A DNA stretch of 64,000 nucleotides from Laetmonice hystrix (GCA_965235115.1 OZ249436.1:32862001-32926000), one strand, 5' to 3'; shown: positions 36,901-48,503, counted from the first letter of the stretch. Notes: generated by a model not told the origin, from the sequence alone. Program-made: numbers and translations.

Positions 36901-39900
36901 AATATATTTCGTTCCCTCCAAATACCTTTCATTCCCTCGAAATACACTTTGTTCCCTCGAAATCCTAATCGTTTCATATTAAAGTTCATATTATACATAT
37001 ATTCATACTCACACATCATAAACAAATCTTTATTACTGGAATATTTGTAAGCATTTAGCCTTAACAAGTCATAAAATTACATAGAAAGTTGTGTTAACAG
37101 CTATTTACAACCTTTTAGGTGGTACATTAAACTGGGGGGATGGGAATTTCGAGGGAACGAAATGTAATTCAAGGGAACGAAATAGATTTCGAGGCAATGA
37201 AATCGATTTGGCGGGGACGAAATCTATTTCGAAGGGACGATAGTGATTTAGAGAGAACGAAATCTATTTCTAGGGAATAAAATATATTTCGAGGGAACGA
37301 AACATTATTTGGAAGGATCGAAATATATTTCGATGGAGCGAAATAATATCTCAGAATTCCCTCATGTTCCTTTAGGGGCTCCGTACGATCCAAGGAAACA
37401 GTTAAGGAGTTCAGGGGTCTGTCTTACTGAGATCTGGTTATTAACGATATACTATGCTGCCTTGAAATGACAAAAGGAAGCAAGTCCAAAAGTTCAAGTT
37501 TCGAGAAATGGACATAAACAAGTTGTCTCAACACTGCACTTGGATGGACGTGCTTCCTTCTGCCATGTGACTGATAGCTTCATAGAAGGATGTTTAGCAG
37601 AAATACACCCATTGATAGATAGGACTTACTCCCTGAATCCAAATTTACCTGGTCATGAATGGGAGGTCTATGGTCATTGGGATCGTTATTAACCTGGGGC
37701 CCGTTTCATAACTCGTTAAGAAAATGCGTCAATTAGTACGCGCTCGTTTATATACTAGCGCGAAGTTTAACGCATTTTGCGTAACGCCGTTTCATAACTC
37801 GTAAAATGATCGCGCGTAAAAAGATGTACGTTGGGTTCGTTAATATACGCATTCGTTATTTAACGCTGAAAAGGCCGCTTGTGCTTGCGAAAAATATTAA
37901 ATTTAGAGATCATACCAGGGCTGCGCCACCAATCACCACCTTGCGGTTCGATTGCGTACTACAAGATTTATTAGAAGATTATCAGCTTAAGTAGGCCCCA
38001 GTCATCCCCAAAATGTTCTAGTGTGAAGAGGTGAGTGTGAGGCAATCTCGTACATTTCGTCAGAGGACGCGGATGTGAAAGGAGAGGAGCGTTCTTTCCA
38101 GAATAATATATTGTCATCAGGTTTTAGTCATGCGCCCCCAATAGTCATCTCCGAATCTGTGTTATCATAATACATGTATTTTGATTACTGTTATTTTGTA
38201 GCGCCAACACTTACGGGCCAAGTTTTGGTGGAAGAGGATTCACAAACACAGGGGCTCACCTCCGTTGTGCCAGGTGTGGGAACCGAGGGGTGGGGGCAAG
38301 GTGGCGATTCCCCAACTTTGTATTGGCGGGAATAATATTGTTTCGCCCCAATCTAGTTAAAATTAGTTATTGGTATTCCGCGTCTATATCGGTTGTGCCA
38401 GTGCTGTCTCCGCTCCATACCTATAGTATGGAACACATGCGATACAACTAAGATCTAATTTTAATTAGATTGAGTTTCGCCCCCTCCCTATTATTTGCCA
38501 GTTATATTTTAATAACAGAGATATGCCACTGCCAGGAGACCAAAAATGAGGAGAAGGAAAGTTTTTGGACAAATTGAGCTTATTTTGGATTCCAATGGAT
38601 TCCAAGCATCACAATATTATGATGTCCTATTCAGAGGCGGCAGTAAGGACACAAAGTTTACTTGTTGATGAATATTTGATTATTTGATGAAGGCACTACA
38701 GTGATCGGGTGGGGGGGGGGGGGGGTTCCAGGATTTTGTAACGGGGGATTCAGAGGTAAAATTTGCTAAGGGGGAGGGGTCAGCACGGTCAATTCAGATG
38801 TTCTATCGGGGAAAAGGAGACATTGATTGCCAAGGGGGGTTTGAAACCCCGACCCCCCCCCCCCCGGCGCTTTGCCGGGCCATGCCCCAGTCTCCCTCCC
38901 CCCTCCAATGAAAATATGGTTCCCACGGTCCCTATCCTGAAACGAACCAAGCGATGATTCATTGTCTGCCCCCTGTCTCCTTATTGAGCCTTTGCTAAAT
39001 GACGGCTATAGATAGAGAGGAGGAGGCATGTATAATTATTGGTATCCCGCGATTAATTGCAATATTGTGAAGACATGTTATTGCCAATACAATCCTATAC
39101 TAGATGTCCCCGGGTCACTCTGTATGGTACCCCCACTGCCATCAAGACATCTGTGAATATTGAGAAATATGTCATGTCACATAATATATGACATAAAATC
39201 TTCATTATCCACAATATCAGGATTTTGGATGGCATTACGTTGGTATTGCACTGTCCTAGCCGCCATATTTGTTCAGGGGCGTAGGAACAGGGGGGCCCCA
39301 CTTTGAAATGAAGGGGGGCCAGAGTATCTTTTGGCCCCCCACTTTCCCCCCCCCCTTTTACTTTTGCCATTGGAAGTCTAGGGGGGGGGGTATTTTCTCA
39401 CATTTCAGACCTTATTTTGTGCTCTAAGATGCACCAAATGTCACCAAATTACACTATAAATATCAAAATGTTTCGGGGGAGCATGCCCCCGGACCCCCTA
39501 GCTGCGCTTCGCGCCGTCGGCGCTCGCCCAGTCCCCCCGCCAAACTGTAATCCCCCTCGAAAAAACCTGCACATGGCCCTGTTGCCCCCCCCCCCCCCAC
39601 TTTTAAAGTGCTTCCTACGCCTCTGTTGTTGATGTGCTCATTGTAAATAATGTGTTAATTAACGATACTATCATTAATTAGCGATAAATAAGTTAGCGAA
39701 GGCTTAATCCGCACCTTTTTTATCCGCGCTAAAAAAATCCATTTAACGCGGAAATAACGCAAAATTTCGTAAGTAAACGCCCGCTTTACTAGTTATGCAA
39801 CGGTTTGTTGCGTTTTTCGTTGATTAACGCGTTTTAGACCTTAGCGAGCGCACAAACTTAGTTATGAAACGGGCCCCAGACACTCTCATGTACTCCCATC

Positions 39901-42900
39901 GAAGTTAACGATATCGATTCGTTACCAGACAGACCTCAGCCCCCCCCCCCCCACCACCACCACCGCCACTATAGGCGCTGAAGACAACCACCGACAGAGC
40001 AATGGACCTAGACCTACACGTACCTGAGCCAAGGTCATCTATTTGTGGAGTCCCGTACGTGACAGTGTCGGCAGACACTCCGTGTCGACTGAACGTGTCG
40101 TGTAATGTGGTTCGTAGTGAGGAAATTTTGTCATCTCCATCTATCAGCAAGGAGCGGCCAGTCTGGGGGGTTCAATGTCAAACAACAAGCGTGTTAATTT
40201 GTGCCTTCTTCACCTGTCAATTGTATGTTTCACAATCTGAACACGTTTAACAGGCACCACACTATACAGTTCGGATAAAACGAGGTCTGGCTATACAAAG
40301 GCAAAGTCGGCAGAAAAAAAAAAGAAAAAATAGAAAAGGAATTGTTTCCCTCCTGAAGATGGCCAATAGTTGCCAAGGACCAAGGAAAGTCGCACCAATG
40401 ATTTGCAAAGCAAATACTGGAACGTAGAAACTATTATCGTGGAATTATGATTTTATAACAGACTTCACCGAATTTCTTCAAACTGTGGCGAGTTTGTATG
40501 GAATCTTGATCCAGTACAAATGTTAGGGTGGATGGGAGGCCAAGCAATTAGAGGATCTAAGTGGGTATACATAGCCTCTCCGTGCCTCGGTAGGTTGGTA
40601 GGTTGGCAGAGCGTGCAGCCAAGGAGGTAGACATTTCTCAGAAAGCCATGGCATCTTCTGGGCAGACAGAGGCCTAGGCTACCTTAGTCAAAGAATTCAA
40701 GGACATTGTGACCGCGGCAAAGACCCGACACGTGGCCAATATCTCTCTCGCTCCCGTTTTTACGTTATCCAAGCCTACATCGTCTCTTGGTTATTTCTTA
40801 AAACTCCCCGGCACCTTCAAGAATCACAAACTGGTTATGTCAACCCCAAACGATATCATTTAAATTTATTGAACAAGGAACTGGTGGCGAATGACTCATA
40901 ATAACGGAGACTTTTGAGTGGCAACTTGGGACTCTTTTGCCTCGCGAAAAACAGCGGCTCGCCGAAAGTCGACCTGTTTACTCCGACCCTGACGTCAGTA
41001 CTTCTTATCTTGTGCATTCTCACGCTCTCGCCCCAGGCGGAAGTGGGGGCGGATTCCCCAACATGTGTTTGTAATGTAACAGACACTCGTCCACATTAGG
41101 CTACTTGCTGCAACGGTTGAACAGGCAACAGGCCACGCACAGGGCACAACTTCAGCTAAAAAGTGCAGGAAACGCGAACGAGATATTAGTAGATTTCAGC
41201 GTAGAATTTTTATCGGCGAAGCATTTAAGCGTTGGGCGGATTTACGGGAGTTGGAGCTGCGACTAAGAACCTCAACTGACAGGTGCACGTCACATGACAC
41301 CGGGGAATTTCCCCGTCCGTTCCTAGTTCCAGTTGAAATGGCGTCTAAGTGCGCAAGAACAAGTTGACAGTGCACGCCTGACGAATTCATGTTAATATGT
41401 CCAAATGATCGTTCTTTTCTCAGCTAAAAGGCAGGTATACCTATGATATCGTTTCTGCTTGATGTTGAAAGCATTTGGGGGGAAGGATAGGAAAATTGTC
41501 AACATCGGATGGCATCATATAACTTTAACGTAGGTATATAACAAAAGCACCAACCCACCACCACCAGTATCAAGACATACCGTCAGTTCTCCAGCACTGC
41601 TGTTTCGAACATCGTGAACAGCTATATCATGAAGCAGTTTGACTGTCTTCTCCAAGTCATCTGAGCCAGCAGAAACAAATACCAAGTCAAACATGGTCCC
41701 TCTAGCGGACGTGTGTCAGAGCATCCTGTCCAACAGTGCAGTTTTGCCAGCTCAAAACAATGTTGTCCAAAATATTTGCTCTATCTTAATTTCGTGCTCA
41801 CCAGAATATCCCCCCAAACTGCGCTAGCTCCCTATCTAGCTCAATTCATTTGATTTTTTGCATTTAATTGAGGACCGAGTCATGACTTTTCCCATGACTT
41901 CCATGATTTTTCTTAATATAATATAAAATGGTTTTGTTAATATAACATTCTATTGCTTCTATGTTGTGTATGAGCCGTGCATAATGTCCTTGTTAAACTC
42001 CTAACAAATGAACCCTTTTACATATAACTAGGGCTGAGGCCTTCTAAATTCCTTCCACCACTTGGTACTTGGTATTGATACTGCCCTTGGTATTATATTA
42101 CTATCTTCTCTCTTACTTACCGACTTACTATGTACAATGTTAATCATGCCTACCGGGCAGCCGAGGGATGGGGTGCATTAAAGGGGTAATTTGTACCGAG
42201 AGGGCACCTACATCCTTTGCCGACGAGCGCTGTCAGTAGAGCCACAGATCTGCCCAGGCGAGCTTTCTCCTCGGACAGGATGCTCAATATGTCCTCTTCA
42301 CTTTCCTCAGATTCGGTCCCGACAAGCAGGACCACTATGGTATCTTAAAGTGAAAAGAATATTTATAAGTGAATTTAACATCTACTTTTTTTTAAATGGT
42401 AGGCCTACATGGCATTGTATTGATGGGAACATGAAAATTTGCTTTGTCTATTTCAATCCCAAGCTTACCTTGTGCAACTTAGAACAATGCTGGCAAGAGC
42501 GTTCACTTGCCACTATTCGGTCATCGTTATTAAAAAGTGCAAACTGTCAAACCCGAGTTGGCAGCGACGCAGAGCCCTGACCAAGGGTTTGACTAGTCTA
42601 ACTACTTGCCATGCAGATGTCTCCCCTGGAACCCTCATCCCCTCCGAAATCATGTATGGATCCGCGCCTCAGTTCATTATGCAGGGTCATCAGAAGCTAT
42701 GCGAAACTGGGCATGATAAATCGTTAATTGCCCTCTTCAGCTTTTAATTGTTGACTTTACCTAGTTGGCCAGACAGGACATGTCCCTCCCACCCGGTTCC
42801 GACGCCTTTGACAAGAGTTACATAACAGAATTTATGGTCGGACAGCAGGCGTACCTCTACCATAAATAGGGAAGTCTTGACTGTCCTTTTGAAGAATGTC

Positions 42901-43102
42901 GAATGCCTTTCTGAGGGCGGGTCCCAGGGAAGGAGACCCGTTAGGCTGCACGTGCCGATTCAGGAATGTGTTCAAGGTGTTCACATTGGCACGTGTGGCG
43001 ACCGTTAGGGTCTTCGTGTAGCAGTCGAACCCGGTCGTATAGGACGTGGTCGTCGGTACCACCGCCACCTGTAGAATAGATTGGTCATCAAAGGGGAACC
43101 TT

Positions 43103-43153
<51 letters not shown>

Positions 43154-46100
43154 AATCATAGATAAAGCCAAATCCTTTGAACACATGTGCTGATCAGCTT
43201 GTACATACATGTACATGTATTTATCATATGTATAAGCAAACCTGTTGGCATGACCGTTCTCTCTAAATGTGCTCTAAAACGGGCCAAGCGAAGAACGGTC
43301 ATTTTTACTTCCTTTACTTGATGGTGCTAGACAACTTACCCTGTCATAATCCACCAGTGAGGTTAAAATGTCTATCACGGCTTTTCTTTCGAGATCAAAA
43401 AGTGAAGTCCCACTTTGTAGCTCTGTGTCGAAGTTCATGCCCTTGGACGTATCTAACACTATGACGACATCTTTGGGGATTCCCTGCGTCTCTCGATACC
43501 ACTGACTATAAACAACAGTAAGCCTAAAAAATCAGAGCTGAAAAGCGTGGCCTTTGGAGTTGAGATCACGTGATGTTTAAACTAACGGAGAGAACGCGAA
43601 GTTAGTGATGCAACGGAAATTACACCTTCAATGACGATGGAGAGCCCCATTCTTTTATTTAGGCCTGTTGTATTTAAATTCCTTTTCTTTTTTTCCTTAG
43701 GTCAGTATTGTTCCATTCCTTACCGTTAGGGGTACTTGTCTTTTTAATGGCACCGTTGAACCGATGCATTATGCGTTTTACCCACGATTACATGGGATTT
43801 TCCCCAGGCCGGTCGTGTAGAAGTCCTAACGAAAAAATGCGAAAATACCTACGAACGGATTAAAAAGCAAACTCACATTGTGGTGGGCAGGGCTAGTTTC
43901 TTGCAGACAGCTGGGTAGACGACCATGTCTTCCTCCAGAGAAACAAACACGTTCCGAAGTGCTGGAGGCTCATAGGTGAGGGCCCGGAAGACGCGGTTGA
44001 GCATGCGCTCTCTCTCATCTCGATCTGCGGGATGGGTCCCACGCCCAACGTTTGGAGTATTCATAATACACGCACCTTGGTTTCCAATCTAAAAACATAG
44101 TAATTGTGACTGACGTTACCAATGTAACCTTAAAGGACATTTGAATAAGTATATTTGTCTACAAACTACATGCACTTTGAAGTAGGCCTACGTCTAATAA
44201 AAAGAGGTTTAGGCCAGGACATCATTAAACTAAAGATTCCTCAAATTACCTTTGAACCCCAGGGACACCATTCTAAAATTTCAGGTTCGAGCGATAAGCG
44301 AAACATGAGTTATGTTAGGTTTATGAGTCACTCTACCGCCCGTTATTTTCTCAAGCCATCGCTGCCTGGGAACTAGCGGTAATCTATTTATCACAGCGTA
44401 TGGCAGCGGAATCGGCATGAAAGCCAACGGGGACATAATTTTTCCATTTCACTTTTAAAGACATAGATCTAGAGTGTCAATTATTTCATATAGATTTTAC
44501 AAATTGGCGAAAATACTGCTTGTATATAATCTGGTAATTATGTTCCATAGCACTGCCTACTTGTCTGATTGGATTTCGTGAATATTTTTTTTTTTAAATG
44601 ACGCGGGTCTTTTCCTAGACCTGCAGCCAAACTACCCGATAGAGTTTTGGCCGGGCGACTTTACACCCTTTGGCCTGGTCCCCAGCTCTATATTGACTTC
44701 GTATATATAGAGCCTAGTGAAGGCCAATCGAAAACATGGACGCAAACGAGGTATAGTTCCGTACCCTCCGTATTTCTCCGACAAGATACAAATAACTTCG
44801 TCAATCCCTTTAAAATACAAGTGTTAAATGTCCTCGCTTTTCTGGATGTAAACATAGCGTCACCAGTCCCCACACCTGCTACGGTCTGCATATGCAGTGG
44901 CATGTGACCAACGGAACGGAGGCGGAAGTGATTAGCTCCGAGGCGGAAGTGCTTGGAGATAACCACTTCCGTTTGCAGCTTTCTGTTAGCCATCACCTGG
45001 CCTAACTTAGCGGATGCGTATGGTAGGCACAGGGGACCAGGCTAATAGGCCTACACCCTTTTCACAGAACGCGAGACTATAGCCGCAATCACGTGATCAT
45101 CTCACCCGTTTCAACGCTATGTCTGCAGGTCAGACATTCCCGATGGCGGAAAGCAGCGTTGTTTTTGAGTGTTCCCGACAAGAAATGTGGAATGTGCATG
45201 TGACAGTGCATTTCGCTACTGTCTGTTTACAGTAGGCCTACATAGCCTACGTATATTAAACCTAGGAAGTATCCTCGGGACAGAATGTGGCTCATGTCGG
45301 AGAATGGTCGTGACGTCATAGAAATGAGCGATAAAAAAATGCTAAACCTGGGCATCAATAAACAGCGAACTGAACGAACTGAGCGAACTGAGATCGTCTA
45401 GTTATGCCTCGGGGGATTCCCCATAGGGACTGGCTATTGACACCAACACGGAAACAGCCGACCTAAATTAGTTTGACTAATTATACGAAACTGGGTGTTT
45501 GGGTTAGGCCTGGGGTAAAGGTTATGCCTGGGGTTAGTGTTAGTTTAATCCCAAAATTGTTGTTAAAATAGGCAATACCTTCCGGCCGTGACTCCATATC
45601 TGAAGTCACTGGTTTGTAGCACGACTAATCGATCTCAGTTCGCTCAGTTCGTTCAGCTAACTGTTTACCGCTAAACCTAGCCCTAACTGTTACCGAACAC
45701 ACATTATCACTTATTTAGTGACGTCACTGCCACTCCCCGACTTATGCCGACATGATTTCTTTAACATACTTTCGCTTATCGCTCGAGCATGACATTTTAA
45801 CATGGTGTCCCTGGGCTGGGGCCTAACTAGCTGAGGATCACAATTTAAGGACAAGTGCTAGTGTGAGGCCAAAAATTTGTTTGAGACAGATTTTTTTTAA
45901 ATTTTGCAGATAAACAGAGTATGTTGTCCTCTTTCAAAATTCAGCAAAAAAATGATACCTCACCGGGTTACTTTTTTTGTTAAGAGCGTTTGAAATTGAT
46001 ATGTTCGTCATGTTAATTACTAATTACTGTTTAGAATTTTTTTTTTTTTTTTTTTTTTAACCATTTCTATTTGTCATGACGGTCTCCAAGTTATAGAAGT

Positions 46101-48188
46101 GGTTTGATTTTGAACATTTTCACTTTTTGCTCATTTTACACCAGTGAAAATGTTCAAAGTCAAAATTTTTTTTTTCTCTCTTTTTTTTTTTTTTTTAACC
46201 ACTTCTATTTGTCATAACACCGTTCTGACAAAAAAAAGTAAAAAAAAATAAAAAAAAATTGCAAACTGTATTCATTAACATGAAGAAAATACCAACTTCA
46301 AACGCTCCTAACAAAAAAACTAAGCCGGTGAGGTATCATTTTTTTGCTGAATTTTGAAAGAGGACAACATACTCTGTTTATCTGCAAAATTTAAAAAAAA
46401 TCTGTCTCAAACAAATTTTTGGCCTCACACTAGCACTTGTCCTTAAGATGTGCAAGGACAGCTGTAGATATCGCATTGGCGTCCGCAGGAAATATTTCAT
46501 GGGGGCAAAATTTACCAAATTAGTTTTGAACTAAATTGAAAACACATTTTTCGGACGTAGTCCGGAGCAACTGCCCACCCCTTGCCTCCGCCCCCCCCCC
46601 CTCCCCCACCGCGGACGCCCATGCTACACAGGCTCTCTGCCATAGACGCGTCTGTGGTACAATATTATAATGTGCCTATTATTAGGTCACTTACCTGTGA
46701 CTGTTGACAGCAGATGTGATACCCTCCTGGGCCAAACGTTCCACCTCGCCGATCCTCAATGGTTCTACGCATTCTGAACAACTTCTCCTCTGTGCTTATC
46801 AGTCGTCGGCGAAGGTTTTCCATCATCTGTATATGCAAACCTCGTTAAAGTTTTTTTTATATAGGGTGTCGCCAAACCAAGCAACTTAAATCTATGTTCC
46901 CTCGGATTTTGATAGGGAATCTTCTTACGTGAAAAAGAGTCTTTATTTCAAAAATCCGTCAAGCGAATAAAAAGTTATGTCATTTTTAGTGCAGCCAAGG
47001 CACACCCTGGTTCATTGGCCAGATCTCATTATCTAACATCTAGACCTAGCCACTTTAAAAAGAGACAACTACTTCGCCCACTAAATGGTAGAACTTTTGA
47101 TTAGCTTGACAGATTTTGATGAATTAAGGACTAATTTCCATATAAGAAGATTCCCTATCAGGATATGGGGAACTACGTTCTGAGGTTGCCTAGTTTGGCA
47201 TGGACATTTTTTGGGGGAACCCTGTATACGAGAATACCTCACAAACCAAATACACTTTCTGACCATTTTTTTACCATTTCTCTGATTCGGTAAGCCAGAG
47301 GAATGACGAGCAACGTTCGTTTTTAGCTTCACATACCGGTTTACGTGCTTGGCCCAACTATCATACCTGATCATACTATCTAAATAATGTATAACTTCAC
47401 TGGCGGACCGGCGGGGGGGGGGGCTAAGGGGGCTCCAGGACGATGTTGGTTTATCATCGAATTATGATCATATTTATCATAGATTTTTAGCCTTGGCTTA
47501 ATATGTTTTAGCCCAATGGATTGCCCCTCCCCTAAAAGAGATCCGCCTAGAGGTTTATGGACTTACAGCTATGATATAGAGAGCGTATATCTATGTGCCG
47601 AATAAACGATGCAGTGTGTGTGATATTTTGATGCCTGTGCTAGATGGCACATTATTCCGTCCGTCCGTATATTGGCAGGAAAAGTGACATGATACACTAC
47701 TTGGTTATAAATCTGGTTTTACTTTGATATAATATCAAATAGTAAACATACCTTGGTAAGAATGGCGGACCCTTCTACTCGACCCAGAGCAACTTCCACG
47801 TGTTCACGGAGATATTTCTGGAGATAATTATCACAAATTTGGGAAGCAATAATATTATATAAATTATCTGTATCATTACAAATTGAAACGGAGATATTTA
47901 AATATATGCAATATAGACGACAATTAATGTTGTCCTCAATGTGGCCAATAAACGTTGAAAGTTTTGGACTCGATAGTCGTGGTGTTTTATGTATATCAAG
48001 ATCATATTGATTGTTTTTATGCGTTTCTCAATGACAGTGACTCTTACACGGAATTTGTTCAATCCAATGGTGTTGTTCATGATGCTGGTGAGGGTTTTTG
48101 TAAAGTGTTCCGAGTCCATTATTGAATTTGAAGAGGATGTCATAAAAATGAAGAAGATGGTAACGATAGCGTGGTAGGAGCCCATCAT
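18631..48188 (-). CDS. CACHD1: VWFA and Cache domain-containing protein (CACHD1/alpha2delta family, divergent CACHD1-like); 23 coding exons, about 1124 aa
   Basis: Hand-spliced exons, all GT-AG and phase-compatible, total 3375 nt: 48188-48048, 47817-47752, 46826-46695, 44088-43877, 43505-43340, 43068-42855, 42343-42212, 41660-41581, 40162-40024, 36672-36399, 35958-35865, 35614-35440, 35119-34983, 34688-34498, 34051-33941, 33631-33488, 33144-33054, 27399-27304, 26999-26880, 22361-22264, 21870-21742, 21293-21154, 18923-18631. Order of motifs: signal peptide, VWA (PKDVVIVLDTSKGM), Cache motifs (YTMLIDGIGKVLLHP, FLYHRLD, RYPG..YDHTTKLWY, CMVVDSTGFLVFHP, IEGTNIY), CNCPC, CRWC, TM helix, cytoplasmic tail. 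This is collinear with CACHD1 as I recall it. Strict orthology is not established. Confidence 0.85.
18965..19483. mobile_element. Kolobok-like MITE
   Basis: TTAA TSD; TIR of about 90 bp starting aggcagggtaaacacccacggc. Confidence 0.85.
19505..20420 (+). repeat. Dispersed repeat (second copy about 40815-41520), interrupted here by a Harbinger-like MITE at about 19900-20100
   Basis: Shared blocks gaatcacaaactggt, gtgcattctcacgctc, agaacctcaactg.caggtgcac...cagctaaaaggcaggtat. Confidence 0.7.
20884..21060. mobile_element. Harbinger-like MITE with duplicated right end
   Basis: gggcccggtttcagaaagg / cctttctgaaaccgggccc; right-end 32-mer repeated. Confidence 0.7.
21154..21293 (-). CDS. CACHD1-like exon 22 (CxWC)
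   Basis: LCHQRGCRWCPG...TC...C. Confidence 0.78.
21742..21870 (-). CDS. CACHD1-like exon 21
   Basis: LLPFCVQP...SSCSTGC; strong polypyrimidine acceptor, phase 2-2. Confidence 0.72.
22264..22361 (-). CDS. CACHD1-like exon 20 (Cys-rich)
   Basis: FGPCSDLCNCPCVEAN...C, the family CxCPC motif. Confidence 0.8.
22775..26294. mobile_element. Foldback element with very long inverted arms, in intron 19 of the CACHD1-like gene
   Basis: 22775-23645 is the inverse of about 25430-26294; about 24030-24310 is the inverse of about 25183-25430. Confidence 0.88.
24050..24805 (-). pseudogene. Decayed APE-type endonuclease of a non-LTR retrotransposon (I/Nimb-like) inside the foldback element
   Basis: Frameshifted translation: TFL...GGTAILVRQDIIHS...ITICSI...LPFPYLLPGDFNGH...NDGS..YLHPGHGTYTAIDLA...DLCGSEHF...PRWQLKK. 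Confidence 0.75.
26880..26999 (-). CDS. CACHD1-like exon 19
   Basis: FHAIEGTNIYVLTV...ACSC; the donor gtgcct is weak. Confidence 0.72.
27304..27399 (-). CDS. CACHD1-like exon 18
   Basis: EQWIASELINTGVLVRASCSDPAKEEIQKCWQ; donor gtaaga. Confidence 0.82.
27795..28267 (+). pseudogene. SGNH/GDSL hydrolase remnant of the YR retroelement
   Basis: Blocks GLGDSHIRRL, IGDNDL and PDGVHFN in the expected order, with stops and frameshifts. Confidence 0.65.
28559..29281 (+). repeat. Composite tandem repeat (units of about 110-140 bp built from tgtaccaacgat subrepeats)
   Basis: About 6 units, each ending ggtcagtacgccctactttggcctacct. Confidence 0.92.
31569..32421. mobile_element. Tc1/mariner-type MITE inserted at the end of the YR ORF
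   Basis: TA TSD; long TIR tcgggtggataaaaaaaa.cgccccgaactttaaact. Confidence 0.85.
32565..32820 (+). repeat. Four spaced copies of gcagcgtgggctcac in the 3' region of the YR retroelement
   Basis: Copies near 32569, 32650, 32727, 32798. Confidence 0.75.
33054..33144 (-). CDS. CACHD1-like exon 17
   Basis: CMVVDSTGFLVFHPDY...HIVQK. Confidence 0.85.
33488..33631 (-). CDS. CACHD1-like exon 16
   Basis: LGVLAFDVTISYFRDLL...EC. Confidence 0.82.
33941..34051 (-). CDS. CACHD1-like exon 15
   Basis: YQEALRHSGKLVIVSP...VITISQTV; phase 2-2. Confidence 0.8.
34147..34400. mobile_element. TA-flanked MITE
   Basis: tacagtcactgtc / gacagtgactgta. Confidence 0.6.
34498..34688 (-). CDS. CACHD1-like exon 14 (second dCache)
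   Basis: VYIGFTHGVYIRYPGRRLPDSYDHTTKLW. Confidence 0.85.
34983..35119 (-). CDS. CACHD1-like exon 13
   Basis: LCTIKLTAAAYESP...DHGLK. Confidence 0.8.
35440..35614 (-). CDS. CACHD1-like exon 12
   Basis: IPGTNLSICVV...FLYHRLDL. Confidence 0.85.
35865..35958 (-). CDS. CACHD1-like exon 11
   Basis: AGRGQKTF...VTYTWSP; phase 2-0. Confidence 0.78.
36399..36672 (-). CDS. CACHD1-like exon 10 (Cache)
   Basis: LAGVICTVV...YTMLIDGIGKVLLHPLVPLP. Confidence 0.88.
36825..37385. mobile_element. MITE with internal repeats of about 22 bp
   Basis: TIR tacggagcccctaaagg.acatg.gggaattctgagatattatttcg; repeated atttcgagggaacgaaa. Confidence 0.82.
37697..39876. mobile_element. Harbinger-like element with nested MITEs (38349-38472; 39274-39625)
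   Basis: TIR gggcccgtttcataact / agttatgaaacgggccc with CWG flanks; 39274-39625 has TSD ttgtt. Confidence 0.72.
40024..40162 (-). CDS. CACHD1-like exon 9
   Basis: TGRSLLIDG...VTYGTPQIDDLGS. Confidence 0.8.
41581..41660 (-). CDS. CACHD1-like exon 8
   Basis: DLEKTVKLLHDIAVHD; phase 1-0, donor gtatgt. Confidence 0.7.
42212..42343 (-). CDS. CACHD1-like exon 7 (VWA)
   Basis: DTIVVLLVG...SVALLTALVG; phase 1-1. Confidence 0.75.
42855..43068 (-). CDS. CACHD1-like exon 6 (VWA)
   Basis: VAVVP...DCYTKTLTVAT...ALRKAFDIL. Confidence 0.85.
43102..43153. repeat. (GTA)n microsatellite
   Basis: Seen directly. Confidence 0.95.
43340..43505 (-). CDS. CACHD1-like exon 5 (VWA start, MIDAS position)
   Basis: QWYRETQGIPKDVVIVLDTSKGM...LVDYDR; donor gtaagt. 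Confidence 0.85.
43877..44088 (-). CDS. CACHD1-like exon 4 (VWA_N / first Cache region)
   Basis: IGNQGAC...LRNVFVSLEEDMVVYPA; donor gtgagt. Confidence 0.8.
44258..45815. mobile_element. Non-autonomous DNA transposon with CCCAG termini (EnSpm-like) and nested pieces
   Basis: cccagggacacca...tcgagcgataagcgaaa / tttcgcttatcgctcga...tggtgtccctggg. Confidence 0.7.
45849..46442. mobile_element. Kolobok-like palindromic MITE
   Basis: TTAA TSD; near-perfect TIR over 110 bp starting ggacaagtgctagtgtgaggcc. Confidence 0.88.
46695..46826 (-). CDS. CACHD1-like exon 3
   Basis: MMENLRRRL...YHICCQQSQ, with the family CC pair; donor gtaagt. Confidence 0.75.
46863..47226. mobile_element. Tc1/mariner-type MITE
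   Basis: ta-tagggtgtc.ccaaa / ttt.ggggaaccctg-ta. Confidence 0.6.
47752..47817 (-). CDS. CACHD1-like exon 2
   Basis: KYLREHVEVALGRVEGSAILTK; AG/GT, phase 0-0. Confidence 0.7.
48048..48188 (-). CDS. CACHD1-like coding exon 1 (signal peptide)
   Basis: MMGSYHAIVTIFFIFMTSSSNS...GLNKFR; upstream acceptor ttcttcag, donor gtaaga. Confidence 0.75.
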
Positions 48189-48503
48189 CGGAATGTAGTG
48201 ATGAACCTCCAGGGGTAAAAGCTGAAGAAAGAAGGAAAGCAAATAATTCACCTAGTACTATCTTTTACTTATCTCATAGAACAAGAATTCCCATAGCACA
48301 TGTGAATAACTGTTAACAAGAAATAAAGCCCGGCTTTAAAAAGCGAGACAACACTTACACAAACCTCCTGAGCTGAGATGCTTATGAGCTGGTTCCCGAC
48401 TCACTCGCTAGGTGGCTCTGTGGTCGACGCCTCGACCACAGAGCCACATAGCAAGTGAGCCGGGAACCAGCTTAATATGCTTACAAAGACCCAGTGAGAC
48501 AAA

